From Octopus sinensis (taxonomy: Eukaryota): a stretch of 64,000 bases of DNA. The stretch spans positions 8,184,001 through 8,248,000 of the forward strand of contig NC_043023.1 in the NCBI RefSeq assembly GCF_006345805.1. Direction: 5' to 3'. This document shows positions 1-12,787 of the stretch, in pieces. The number at the start of each line of letters is the position of its first letter. Position 1 is the first letter of the stretch. A program made the position numbers and the translations under genes. The notes below the pieces were generated by a model, which saw only the letters and a program-made list of their open reading frames with translations, was not told where the DNA came from and did not search any database.

Positions 1-91
1 GAATGACCCTCCCCAGACACAACAGAATATGCTTCAATACACAAACTCACATAAAGAATCTTGCAAACCAAATCTAAAAACGAAATATATA

Positions 92-128
<37 letters not shown>

Positions 129-169
129 CTGATTCCAGCATTTTATAATGCCAACACATGCATAAATGC

Positions 170-400
170 AAGAACACCACCACCACCACCACCAATACCA
201 TCACCACCACCACCATCACCACCACCACCACAACCACCACCACCACCATCACCACCACCACAACCACCATCACCACCACCACAAACACCATCACCACAAC
301 CACCATCACCACCACCATCATCACCACCACAACCACCATCACCACCACCACAAACACCATCACCAACCACCACCACCACCAACACCATCACCACCACCAC
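170..400. repeat. (CAC/CAT)n trinucleotide microsatellite
   Basis: Continuous caccaccaccat-type repeat; source of the poly-His/Pro/Thr/Val pseudo-ORFs. Confidence 0.95.
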
Positions 401-401
401 T

Positions 402-3400
402 CCCTACTCTCTTATCTATGCATATATGTATGTATGAGCCAATGAGGGAGACCTCTACATGGTAGCTAGACCTGCTAGAAATAGCAGCCAAATCTCCCTC
501 AAATCACACCCTACTCTCTTATCTATGTATATACGTATGTATGAGCCAATGAGGGAGACATCTACATGGTAACTAGACCTGGTAGAAATAGCAGACAAAT
601 CTCCCTCGAATCACACCCTACTCTCTTATCTATGTATATACGTATGTATGAGCCAATGAGGGAGACATCTACATGGTAACTAGACCTGGTAGAAATAGCA
701 GACAAATCTCCCTCAAATCACACCCTACTCTCTTATCTATGTATATATGTATGTATGAGCCAATGAGGGAGACCTCTACATGGTAGCTAGACCTGCTAGA
801 AATAGCAGCCAAATCTCCCTCAAATCACACCCTACTCTCTTATCTATGTATATATGTATGTATGAGCCAATGAGGGAGACCTCTACATGGTAAGTAGACC
901 TGGTAGAAATAGCAGACAAATCTCCCTCAAATCACACCCTACTCTCTTATCTATGTATATACGTATGTATGAGCCAATGAGGGAGACATCTACATGGTAA
1001 CTAGACCTGGTAGAAATAGCAGACAAATCTCCCTCAAATCACACCCTACTCTCTTATCTATGTATATACGTATGTATGAGCCAATGAGGGAGACCTCTAC
1101 ATGGTAGCTAGACCTGCTAGAAATAGCAGCCAAATCTCCCTCAAATCACACCCTACTCTCTTATCTATGTATATATGTATGTATGAGCCAATGAGGGAGA
1201 CCTCTACATGGTACGTAGAGCTGGTAGAAATAGCAGACAAATCTCCCTCAAATCACACCCTACTCTCTTATCTATGTATATACGTATGTATGAGCCAATG
1301 AGGGAGACATCTACATGGTAGCTAGACCTGCTAGAAATAGCAGCCAAATCTCCCTCAAATCACACCCTACTCTTTATCTATGTATATATGTATGTACGAG
1401 TACACCCATGAGGGAGACCTCTACATGTAGTAGACCTGGTAGAAATAGCAGACAAATCTCCTCAAATCACCCCTAACTCTCTTATCTTTATATGTATGTA
1501 TGAGCCAATGAGGGAGACCTCTACATGGTAAGTAGACCTGGTAGAAATAGCAGACAAATCTCCCTCAAATCACACCCTACTCTCTTATCTAGTATATACG
1601 TATGTATGACCAATGAGGGAGACCTCTACATGGTCTAGACTGCTAGAAAAGCACCAAATCTCCTCAAATCACACCTACTCTTTATCTAGATATATGTATG
1701 TATGAACCAATGAGGGAGACCTCTACATGGTAAGTAGACCTGGTAGAAATAGCAGACAAATCTCCCTCAATCACACCCTACTCTCTTATCTATGTATATA
1801 CGTATGTATGAGCCATTAGGGAGACCATCTACATGGTTGCTAGACCTGCTAGAAATAGCAGCCAAATCTCCCTCAAATCACACCCTACTCTCTTATCTAT
1901 GTATACGTATGTATGAGCCAATGAGGGAGACCTCTCATGGTAAGTAGACCTGGTAGAAATAGCAACAATCTCCCTCAAATCACAACCTACTCTCTTATCT
2001 ATGTATATACGTATGTATGAGCCAATGAGGGAGACCTCTACATGGTAGCTAGACCTGCTAGAAATAGCAGCCAAATCTCCCTCAAATCACACCCTACTCT
2101 CTTATCTATGTATATACGTATGTATGAGCCAATGAGGGAGACCTCTACATGGTAAGTAGACCTGGTAGAAATAGCAGACAAATCTCCCTCAAATCACACC
2201 CTACTCTCTTATCTATGTATATACGTATGTATGAGCCAATGAGGGAGACCTCTACATGGTAGCTAGACCTGCTAGAAATAGCAGCCAAATCTCCCTCAAA
2301 TCACACCCTACTCTCTTATCTATGTATATACGTATGTATGAGCCAATGAGGGAGACCTCTACATGGCGCTAGACCTGCTAGAAATAGCAGCCAAATCTCC
2401 CTCAAATCACACCCTACTCTCTTATCTATGTATATACGTATGTATGAGCCAATGAGGGAGACCTCTACATGGTAGCTAGACCTGCTAGAAATAGCAGCCA
2501 AATCGCCCTCATATCACACCCTACTCTCTTATCTATGTATATACGTATGTATGAGCCAATGAGGGAGACTTCTACATGGTCGCTAGACCTGCTAGAAATA
2601 GCAGCCAAATCCCCCTCAAATCACTCCCTACTCTCTTATCTATGTATATATATATGTATGAGCCAATGAGGGAAACTTCTACATGGTAGCTAGACCTGCT
2701 AGAAATAGCAGCCAAGTCTCCCTCAAATCACTCCCTACTCTCTTATCTATGTATATATGTATGTATGAGCCAATGAGGGAGACCTCTACATGGTAACTAG
2801 ACCTGGTAGAAATAACTGTTAAATCCCCCCCATATCACACCCTACTCTCTTATCTATGTATATATGTATGTATGAGCCAATGAGGGAGACCTCTACATTG
2901 TAGCTAGACCTGCTAGAAATAGCAGCCAAATATCCATAAAATCACACCCTACTCTCTTATCTATGTATATATGTATGTATGAGCCAATGAGGGAAACCTC
3001 TACATGGTAGCTAGGCCTGGTAGAAATAGCAGCCAAATCTCCCTCAAATCACACCCTACTCTCTTATCTATGTATATATGTATGTATGAGCCAATGAGGG
3101 AACCTCTACATGGTAGCTAGACCTGCTAGAAATAGCAGCCAAATCCCCTCAAATCACACCCTACTCTCTTATCTATGTATATACGTATGTATGAGCCAAT
3201 GAGGGAGACCTCTACATGGTAGCTAGACTGCTAGAAATAGCAGCCAAATCTCCCTCAAATCACCACCTACTCTTTATCTATGTATATACGTATGTATGAG
3301 CCAATGAGGGAGACCTCTACATGGTAGCTAGACCTGCTAGAAATAGCAGCCAAATCGCCCTCATATCACACCCTACTCTCTTATCTATGTATATATGTAT

Positions 3401-4631
3401 GTATGAGCCAATGAGGGAGACCTCTACATGGTAAGTAGACCTGGTAGAAATAGCAGACAAATCTCCCTCAAATCACACCCTACTCTCTTATCTATGTATA
3501 TACGTATGTATGAGCCAATGAGGGAGACCTCTACATGGTAGCTAGACATACTAGAAATAGCAGCCAAATCTCCCTCAAATCACACCCTACTTTTTATCTA
3601 TGTATATATGTATGTATGAGCCAATGAGGGAGACCTCTACATGGTAAGTAGACCTGGTAGAAATAGCAGACAAATCTCCCTCAAATCACACCCTACTCTC
3701 TTATCTATGTATATACGTATGTATGAGCCAATGAGGGAGACCTCTACATGGTAGCTAGACCTGCTAGAAATAGCAGCCAAATCTCCCTCAAATCACACCC
3801 TACTCTCTTATCTATGTATATACGTATGTATGAGCCAATGAGGGAGACCTCTACATAGTAGCTAGACCTGCTAGAAATAGCAGCCAAATCTCCCTCAAAT
3901 CCCACCCTACTCTCTTATCTATGTATATACGTATGTATGAGCCAATGAGGGAGACCTCTACATGGTAGCTAGACCTGGTAGAAATAGCAGCCAAATCTCC
4001 CTCAAATCACTCCCTACTCTCTTATCTATGTATATATATATGTATGAGCCAATGAAGGAAACCTCTACATGGTAGCTAGACCTGCTAGAAATAGCAGCCA
4101 AGTCTCCCTCAAATCACTCCCTACTCTCTTATCTATGTATATATGTATGTATGAGCCAATGAGGGAGACCTCTACATGGTAACTAGACCTGGTAGAAATA
4201 ACTGTTAAATCCCCCTCATATCACACCCTACTCTCTTATCTATGTATATATGTATGTATGAGCCAATGAGGGAGACCTCTACATTGTAGCTAGACCTGCT
4301 AGAAATAGCAGCCAAATATCCCTGAAATCACACCCTACTCTCTTATCTATGTATATATGTATGTATGAGCCAATGAGGGAAACCTCTACATGGTAGCTAG
4401 GCCTGGTAGAAATAGCAGCCAAATCTCCCTCAAATCACACCCTACTCTCTTATCTATGTATATATGTATGTATGAGCCAATGAGGGAAACCTCTACATGG
4501 TAACTAGACCTTGTAGAAATAACTGCCAAATCCCCCTCATATCACACCCTACTCTCTTACCTATGTATATATGTATGTATGAGCCAGTGAGTGAGACCTC
4601 TACATGATAGCTAGATTTGGTGGAAATCTGT

Positions 4632-4633
<2 letters not shown>
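402..4633. repeat. Tandem satellite, 107-bp unit, ~39-40 copies
   Basis: ccctactctcttatctatg recurs at 402, 509, ... (period 107); two main variants (ggtagctagacctgctag...gcagcc and ggtaa(c/g)tagacctggtag...gcagac). Confidence 0.97.
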
Positions 4634-4667
<34 letters not shown>

Positions 4668-4669
<2 letters not shown>

Positions 4670-4836
4670 ATGATGGAGCACCGCCTCTAGTCGACCAAAT
4701 TGACCCCGGGACTTATTCTTTGTAAGCCCAGTACTTATTCTATCGGTCTCTTTTGCTGAACCGCTAAGTGACAGGGACGTAAACACACCAGCATCTGTTG
4801 TCAAGCAATGCTAGGGGGATGAACACAGACACACAA

Positions 4837-4885
<49 letters not shown>

Positions 4886-6369
4886 TATATATAGTATATA
4901 TATATATAATATATATATATATATCATCATCATCATCGTTTAACGTCCGCTTTCCATGCTAGCATGGGTTGGACGGTTCAACTGGGGTCTGGGGAGCCCG
5001 AAGGCTGCACCAGGCCAGTCAGATCTGGCAGTGTTTCTACAGCTGGATGCCCTTCCTAACGCCAACCACTCCGAGAGTGTGTGGGTGATTTTATGTGCCA
5101 CCGACACAGGTGCCAGACGAGGCTGGCGAACGGCCACGCTCGGATGGTGTTTTTATGTGCCACCGACACAGGTGCCAGACGAGGCTGGCAGACGGCCACG
5201 CTCGGACGGTTGTTTGTTACGTGCCCACAGCATGGAGGCCAGTCGATGCGGTACTGGCTACGGTCCCGTTCGGATGGTTTTCTTATGTACCACCGGCACT
5301 GGTACCACAAGGGTACAATTCCATTGATGTTCATCTATTTTGATTTGGTTTGACTTGATTCGATTTGACTTTGATTTGACTGCCTCAACAGGTCTTCACA
5401 AGTGTCACAAGCAGGAAGGTATGCACAGGCGGACTGACTACGCCCCAGGTAGGGGCCACGGGTTATGGCTTCACTAGTCTTGCCGGGTCTTCTCACGCAC
5501 AGCATACTTCCATAGGTCTCGGTCTCTGGTCATTTCCATGGTGAGACCTAATGTTCGAAGGTCGTGCTTCACCACCTCGTCCCAGGTTTTCCTGGGTCTA
5601 CCTCTTCCACGGGTTCCCTCAACTGCTAGGGATTGGCACTTTCTCACACACCTATCTTCATCCATTCTCGCCACATGACCATACCATTGCAATCGTCTCT
5701 CTTGCACGCAACAACTGATGCTTCTTAGGTACAACATTTCTCTTAGGGAACTAACACTCTGTCGAGTAAGTACACTGACATTACACATCCATCGGAGCAT
5801 ACTGGCTTCATTCCTCATGAGCTTACGCATGTCCTCAGCAGTTACGGCCCATGTTTCACTACCATGTAGCATGGCAGTTCAAACACATGCATCATACAGT
5901 CTGCCCTTTACTCTGAGCGAGAGGCCTTTAGTCACCAGCAGAGGTAAGAGCTCCCTAAACTTTGCCCAGGCTATTCTTATTCTAGCAGTTACACTCTCAG
6001 CGCACCCACCCCCACTACTGACTTGGTCACCTAGATAACGGAAGCTATCAACTACTTCTAATTTTTCCCCCTGGAAAGTGACGGAAGTTGTTTTCTGCAG
6101 ATTTTCGGAGGTCAGTGCTCCCAAGCATCTGCCACATATAAAGACTGTCTTCCCAGTTAGCCTACCCTTGACATTGCTGCACCTCTTATGTGTCCATATA
6201 TATATATATATATACATATATACAACAGGCTTCTTTCAGTGTCCGTCTACCAAATCCACTCACAAGGCCCGGGGCTATAGCAGAAGACACTTGCCCAAGA
6301 TGCCACGCAGTGGGACTGAACCCGGAACCATGTGGTTGGTTAGCAAGCTACTTACCACACAGCCATTCC
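4668..6369 (-). mobile_element. tRNA-derived SINE (family A) split by a LINE inserted in its internal (TA)n
   Basis: 4668-4853 and 6223-6369 together match the uninterrupted copy at 7858-8071; minus-strand head has A box (TGGCTGTGTGG) and B-box-like GGTTCAGTCCC. Confidence 0.8.
4924..6195 (-). mobile_element. 5'-truncated RTE-clade LINE (RT C-terminus, 3'UTR, (ATG)n tail)
   Basis: ORFs 5879-6217 and 5474-5872 ([31 protein letters not shown]); same family as 15564-17902; tail ...CGTTAAACGATGATGAT. Confidence 0.92.
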
Positions 6370-6380
6370 TATGCCTATTT

Positions 6381-6471
<91 letters not shown>

Positions 6472-6624
6472 TATATATATATATATATATGTATGCATGT
6501 ATATATTAATCAATATAAGGGTAGCAAAAAATTCTATAGAAATTTTTTCGGCACCAGCGGTCTAGTGAGAAAGAGAAAATAGCCACAGACTATATATATA
6601 AATTCAACACACATATATACATGC

Positions 6625-6690
<66 letters not shown>

Positions 6691-6698
6691 ATATATAA

Positions 6699-6848
6699 AT
6701 TCAACAACATTAAGGAACGGCCCTGATAGGCCATGTTATTTAATTTTCCTTTGATTTCTGAATTACTACTGTTTAGCGGTTTGAGTATTGGCTGCTCTTT
6801 CTAGTGGGTCGAATGACCTATCAGGGCCGTTCCTTAATGTTGTTGAAT
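6699..6848. repeat. 36-bp inverted repeat (1 mismatch) with 78-bp spacer, within (TA)n
   Basis: attcaacaacattaaggaacggccctgataggccat (6699-6734) vs atgacctatcagggccgttccttaatgttgttgaat (6813-6848). Confidence 0.9.
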
Positions 6849-7099
6849 ATATATATATATATATATATATATGCATGTATATATGTGTGTGTGTCTGTGT
6901 TTGTGTTTATGCAATATGTATATATGCATGCATGTAAGTATATTAAAAGTCCTGTACACTCTGTAAATGTATATAAATATATATATTCATACAATACTAA
7001 ATACACAGTTTTTGTTCATCTGGTCTTGTGGTGATAGCCGTGGCAGGAATCAAAAGTAGAATAGTTCGGAAGTGTGTTTGGGATGTGTAGGAGATAGTA

Positions 7100-7210
7100 T
7101 AGAGATGGTGTGATGTTGTGGTGGTGGTGGTGAGGTTGGCTGTGGAGGTTATGAACATAATGCCAGGAGTGCTTGTGTTATTGTTGCTGTTGTTGCTGTT
7201 GCTGCTGTTG

Positions 7211-7242
<32 letters not shown>

Positions 7243-7545
7243 GGTGGGGGTGGCGGCGGTGGTGGTGGTGGTTGTAGAATAATAATGGTTGTAGGAGTGG
7301 AATGAAGCTGGCGTGGGGGGGAGGCGGGATGTGTAGGAGTTAGTATTGGTGTGGTGTGATGTTGTGGTGGTGGTGGTGGTGGTGGTAGTTGTGATACTGG
7401 CATGGAATGATGGTGTTAATGATGGCAGGGTGATGGTGGTGGTGGGTGTGGTAGTGGCGTGAGCAGGGAGGTGGGGAAGGATAGTGTTAATGATGGTTGG
7501 GTGGTGGTGGTAGAGGTGCTAAACAGAAGAATGAGGTTACAGTAG
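7100..7545. repeat. (GTG/GTT)n low-complexity tract
   Basis: ggtggtggt / gttgttgtt runs. Confidence 0.9.
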
Positions 7546-7857
7546 TGGCGGTGGTGGAGGTGTCAAACCCACCTCCAAAACATCATAAACAGGGGGTGGG
7601 GGTGGAGGAGGAAGAGGAGGGTCTGGGAACATGAGCCCGGGGGGGGGGGGGCAATTGAAGAGTGGGGAGAGTGGGGAGAAGGATGTGTGTGCCTGGAGCG
7701 GGCTGACATTCAGCCGGGGATAATAAATGAGAAGGAAGGTCGGGGGGAGGGGGTAGAATAGTGGAGGGGTGTGGGGCAGGAACAAGGGCATGAGAGTATC
7801 ACACGGACAGGAACAAGGGCATGAGAGTATCACACGGACAGGAACTTAAGCCCACAT

Positions 7858-8071
7858 CATTGGTTCTCAAGAGATGATAGGGGGGGGGACAAACACACAC
7901 ACACATATATATATACGATGGGCTTCTTTCAGTTTCCGTCTACAAAATCCACTCATAAGATTTTGGTCAGCCTGAAGCTATAGTAGAAGACATTTGCCCA
8001 AGTTGTGATGCAGTGGGACTGAACCTGGAACCATGTGGTTGGGAAGCAAGCTTCTTACTGCACAGCCACTC
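7858..8071 (-). mobile_element. tRNA-derived SINE (family A), uninterrupted at the TA tract
   Basis: ...acacacatatatatatacgatgggcttctttcagtttccgtc...gggactgaacc...cacagccactc; homologous to 6223-6369. Confidence 0.85.
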
Positions 8072-8200
8072 TTGTTCAGAATTTCTTTCATTAAGTTAGT
8101 TTTGATTTGGACCCCATATAACATATAATGCAAAACCTCACTGGAGAGAAGTGATGCTGAACCAGTGTGTGTCTTTATTATTATTAGCAGAATGACCCAT

Positions 8201-9130
8201 CAGGTGTGGTTGTGTGGTAAGAAGCTTGCTTTGAAGAAAATGGAAAGGAGGGGCCTGTGCGAGGGGCTTCTGTCCTGCACGGAGGACCCTGAGTGGCCTT
8301 CGCAGGTGGCTGCGGAGGTCCTATGGGATAGTGATCTGTGCAGGATCATGAATTCCTTTCCGGAGGACTCCTACAGATTTATGGCTGGGTGGTCCGGCCT
8401 GGAACCGAGTACATGCTTCAATGAAGCAAGGAGACTGGTCGGCCGGATAACTTGACCTTTTGGACTCAAAAAAGAGTCTACATCATCATCATCATCATCA
8501 TCATTGTTTAACATCCGTTTTCCATGCTAGCATGGGCTGGACGGTTCAACTGGGGTCTGGGAAGCCAGGAGGCTGCGAAAGGCCCAGTCTGATCTGGCAG
8601 TGTATCTACAGCTGGATGCCCTTCCTAACGCCAACCACTCCGAGAGTGTAGTGGGTGCTTTTTATGTGCCACCTGCACAGGTGCCAGTTGGGGCGGTGCT
8701 GGCAACGGCCACGTTCGGATGGTTCTCTTACGTGCCACCAGCACTGGTATACAAAATGTGAAATATGTGACTTTTTGTGTAATGTACGAGGTTTATAGCC
8801 TCATTGTGTTTTAAAAAAGAAAAAAAAGAAAGAATTCTGAACATTGTGTTGTTTAAGTAAGAGGTTTATTGCCTCATTGTGTTTTGGGGGAAAAAGGGAA
8901 AAAAGAACATTGTTTTAGAGGAGTGAAAATCGGTGGGCGCTTTTCGTCTTCTCCCATCATCATCATTCTTGCATCATTATCATTCATCCCATTAATGTCC
9001 GTGTCCAGCCTGCAAAGCTTCTATCTGTGTGATGCCCTTGTGGCAAATTAAATGAAATAAAGAAGCTTGCTTTGAAACCACATCATTCTGGCTTCAGCCC
9101 CACTGATTGGCACCTTGGGCAAGTATGTCT
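8201..9130 (+). mobile_element. SINE family A head interrupted by an 824-bp insertion with 17-bp TSD
   Basis: aagaagcttgctttgaa at 8219-8235 and 9060-9076; SINE sequence resumes after the second copy (accacat...ggcaccttgggcaagt). Confidence 0.8.
8481..8748 (-). mobile_element. RTE LINE 3'UTR fragment nested in the 8236-9059 insertion
   Basis: catcatcat...tttaacatccgttttccatgctagcatggg...gcccttcctaacgccaacc, same 3' end as other RTE copies. Confidence 0.88.
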
Positions 9131-9651
9131 ATATATATACAGATATATATATATATCTGTATATATGTATGTGTGTGTGTTTATATAAATGGACCAATTA
9201 GCACTAATTAACAATTAAGTCGTTCTACACTCAGTTACCGATTCTAAACTATGTGCTAATTACATCCAACCTTGATTAAGTAATTGCTTGAAAAAATAAT
9301 ATTAAAAGATAAAAAAAGAATAACGGTATGTCTACGAATATTTGTTACATTTTACTTAATGAGTCATCAGAAAAATAATTGGATGCGTGTGTGCTGTTTG
9401 TTTAACCCCAGGTTAGTCCTGATCCAGACAGACCTATGATCAAAGACGTTCCAGCTGTGACTATCCCATCGTTTATTCAGGCATAGTGTATCTAGGACTA
9501 CATTATCTAATGTATAGTATAGTAGTTAGTATTAGTGGCTATAGTTATTGTTGTTTAGCCACGGGTCAATCCTGATCCAGACAAGCCTATGTATGAGTGT
9601 GTATGTGCATGTGTCAAGCATTTGTTTTAAGTTAGACCTGCTTCCTGGTCA

Positions 9652-9957
9652 TCTTTATATATAAAATTGAAGTTGTGTGTGTGAGACTCTGTCTCCTCCG
9701 ATATAGATTCCTAACTACTCCCACATTTTGCGATGCAGTTTAACCAAAAGTGGGTATCATATAGTCGTCATTCATATCGAGCCCTTCTGGGTATTAGCGC
9801 GCGTCTTCGATGAGTCTATGATTTAAAAAAACTTTACCATCATTTTTCCGCATTTTTAATGATTTTTTCTCGGGTTATATAAGGGAAGTAACCCTCTAAA
9901 AATGCTTATATAGTTATTTCCCTTACAAACCAGAGCAATGCCGGGCGATACTGCTAG
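9652..9957 (+). mobile_element. Complete non-autonomous Helitron (~306 bp)
   Basis: Starts A|TCTTTATATATAAAA; ends ccagagcaatgccgggcgatactgCTAG|T (subterminal GC hairpin + CTRR); inserted between A and T, no TSD. Confidence 0.78.
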
Positions 9958-10069
9958 TACCCTATAAAACTGAGATCATCTCTCTCTCATTTGATCTCTT
10001 CGGTTAATGGCTAATAGAGATGTACGCTCTCTGCCAGCCAGTCGAGTGAAGGAGATCACTCAGCCCCGT

Positions 10070-10236
10070 CTAACTGTGATTTGAAACCAAATCTACACAC
10101 ATGTTACTTTGTCAGACATTTGTCTAATTCCATTGTGTTTTATCTCCATACTGAGAGATCGATGTAAAATGGAATCAGACAGTCATCTGACAAGCGGCAA
10201 GTGTGTAGATTCGATTTCGAATCTCAATTAGGAAGT
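10070..10236. repeat. Imperfect ~65-bp inverted repeat, ~33-bp spacer (old MITE/hairpin)
   Basis: gaaaccaaatctacacacatgttactttgtcagacatttgtctaattccatt pairs with aatggaatcagacagtcatctgacaagcggcaagtgtgtagattcgatttc. Confidence 0.75.
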
Positions 10237-10498
10237 GCTAAGTGAGCTCCTACAGACAGTTATAGGGTGATGTTACGATGATGATGGCAATCCCTCATCT
10301 TTCTTCTGTTGGCCTGCTCGCTTAGCCAGCGGGGTGGCGTCATTCGAAGGCTAAAACAATGCGAACGCATTGTGCCCAGCGATGTGTAACTACATCTGAT
10401 GGACTGGTCGGTCATGTGATATATATACACTTATATACATACATACATACATATATAAATATATTATATATATATATATATTATATCTTATATATTAT

Positions 10499-10544
<46 letters not shown>

Positions 10545-10982
10545 ATATATGTTTGTATGTATATAGTTTATATCCAATTAAAAGAAGAAAAGTAAAGAAG
10601 ATCGATGCTCATAACATCCAAAAGAACATGTTTTCACTCTGATGAAATTATACTCATGTCACATAAATGTAAATTTAATGTATAAATTTGTAATAATTTC
10701 TTGAAATAACTGTAAGCAGCAAAGATGGCCAATTTGATAACAAAAAGTATTAAATTCCTTATCTCTAATTTCTTTATTTCTTTTAAATGAATATAAACCA
10801 TGTGCTTAGTAAGATCTATATATAATATACATATGCTTAATATAGATCTAATGTTTTAAGGGAATTTCATTCCCCCAAAATTCTAGGTATTGAATCAGTA
10901 TTTCCTTGAATACATCTACCCCTTCAAAAGTCTAACATAATCTCCTAATTATATGTATACATATATATTTATATATATATAT

Positions 10983-11025
<43 letters not shown>

Positions 11026-11729
11026 AAATACATTATATGTATGTATGTATGTACATACATATATATATTATATGAATGCATGTATGTATGTGGGCGTATA
11101 TGTATTTCGGTTTTACATATATCTTTCTAAATTCACACAAAAGGGTGACCTAAGATTAGAATAAAGACAAGTCCAACCCATGCTAGCATGGAAAGCGGAC
11201 GCTAAACGATGATGATGATGATGATGATGATAAGTACATGCACAAAGTTTTTCAAATAATTAGGAATAGCTTACGTCATACTAAATGAATTGAATTACAC
11301 TTTGAAAGGAGAAATTGTAAACAACATTCAAGGTTACAGAAATTCAGGTCAGTTAAGGAGTGTCTTGATATTGAGTGAACATAATAAAAGAAGATGGAGT
11401 GTATAGATAAATAAAATTCCAGGAAAAACACAATGAATAACCTTATTAACTGAGAAGAATTACTTCCTGCCTACTACAATTATATAAACCTATGAATCTA
11501 AAATCAGTTTATTCATTCCAGTGAGAGAACTTGAGGTTTGATATCTCCGACTTTAAACCTAAAAAAAACTTACTCAGCTGAAAATCTTAAAACTCAAACT
11601 TATCCAACTGAAAACTTCTGATTCAAGGTAAAGAAGAAATTTTCTTGTCTTAAATCTTGTCATATATATATAATATTTTATCTTTTACTACTTAAAGCTG
11701 TGGCCATGCTGGGGCACACTGTCATTATT

Positions 11730-12787
11730 GAGAACTTCCTCAGATATGTGGAATTTGGTGAATAAGGGAGTTTGATGTCATTGCCCTTATTTGTGCCTCC
11801 TTCCACAAGGGAGGTTCATCTAGAGAGAGGTCCAGTTTTCTTTTGAAAACACATCGACTTTGTGTAGGTCCCTCATGCTTTTTGGAAGATTATTAAAAAG
11901 CTGTGGCCATTTAAAACCCAGGCTGTTGCAGTAATAACTGGTCCTGAAATGTGACGAGTGTTGGAATCTTTGGCACTGTGCAGTGGTGACCCGTTCTGGC
12001 GTTTGTGTAGCTTTCAAAGCCAAAATTTGGTGCAATCCCTTCCAGATGTATATTACTGCATATCTTCCCCAACTTCACTCTAGGGAGTAAAGTCTTACCT
12101 GTTTCAGCCTTCCCCAGTAGTTGAGCTGTTGCAATGAGATGATCTTCTTTTAGTAGCTTCACTGGATTGCTTCAAGGTCCACTGTTAATTTTACACTGTG
12201 GGGTGACCGTTGTTAGGAGCAGTAGTCCAGGCAGCTGAGGATAAATGTCCTCCAGCGGACCATCATGGTTTCTTTGTCCCTGGCTCTGAAGGTTCTCAGG
12301 ATCCATCCATCCAGCCATCTGCACTTTATCGTCATCTTGTTAAAGTGTACTTGGAAAGAGGTATCATCACTCATGTCGATACCCAGATCACACACATGAT
12401 TGTAATTCCCCACTAGGCCAGTATACCCTGTATGTTTTCCGTTCAAATTTGGGTGCTGGTAGTGCAGGGTTTGAAATTTTTCCAGCATTAAACTGCATAT
12501 TATTGTCCTCAGCCCATCTGTAAATTGCATCCAACTCCTGCTGCAGGCATGCAATATTGCTGGGGTTCTGTATTTTCTGCGAGATTTACATGTCTCCATA
12601 GCTAGCAAGGGTATCAGGGCAGCGGAGAGCATATCTGAGAGGGCCACTATGAAAATCAGTGGCCCTAAGACAGTGCCCTGTGGAACATCACTCACTATTT
12701 GTGGTTCCGTTGAGGTGGTACTACTGGCTACCACTGCCTGACTTCTGTCTTTCAGAAAGTCATGTAACCATTCTCCAAGTTTTCCAG
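11730..12787 (-). mobile_element. Degenerate CR1-clade LINE fragment (RT to 3' end)
   Basis: ORFs with VPQGTVLGPLIF, ILSCLDYCS, SLGFKWPQLFNNLPKSMR; shorter paralogs at 18245-18540 and 22990-23150. Confidence 0.8.

Noticed and set aside
34-465. Poly-His/Pro/Thr/Val ORFs
   Set aside because: Translations of a (CAC)n microsatellite open in several frames; no splice or domain support.
402-4633. CRISPR-like regular repeats
   Set aside because: Whole units repeat with no unique spacers, there are no cas genes, and the context is eukaryotic. The same applies to the 166-bp and RTE 3'UTR repeats.
170-7545. (CAC)n and (GTG)n tracts as terminal inverted repeats of one large element
   Set aside because: Simple repeats with no specific shared sequence and no TSD.
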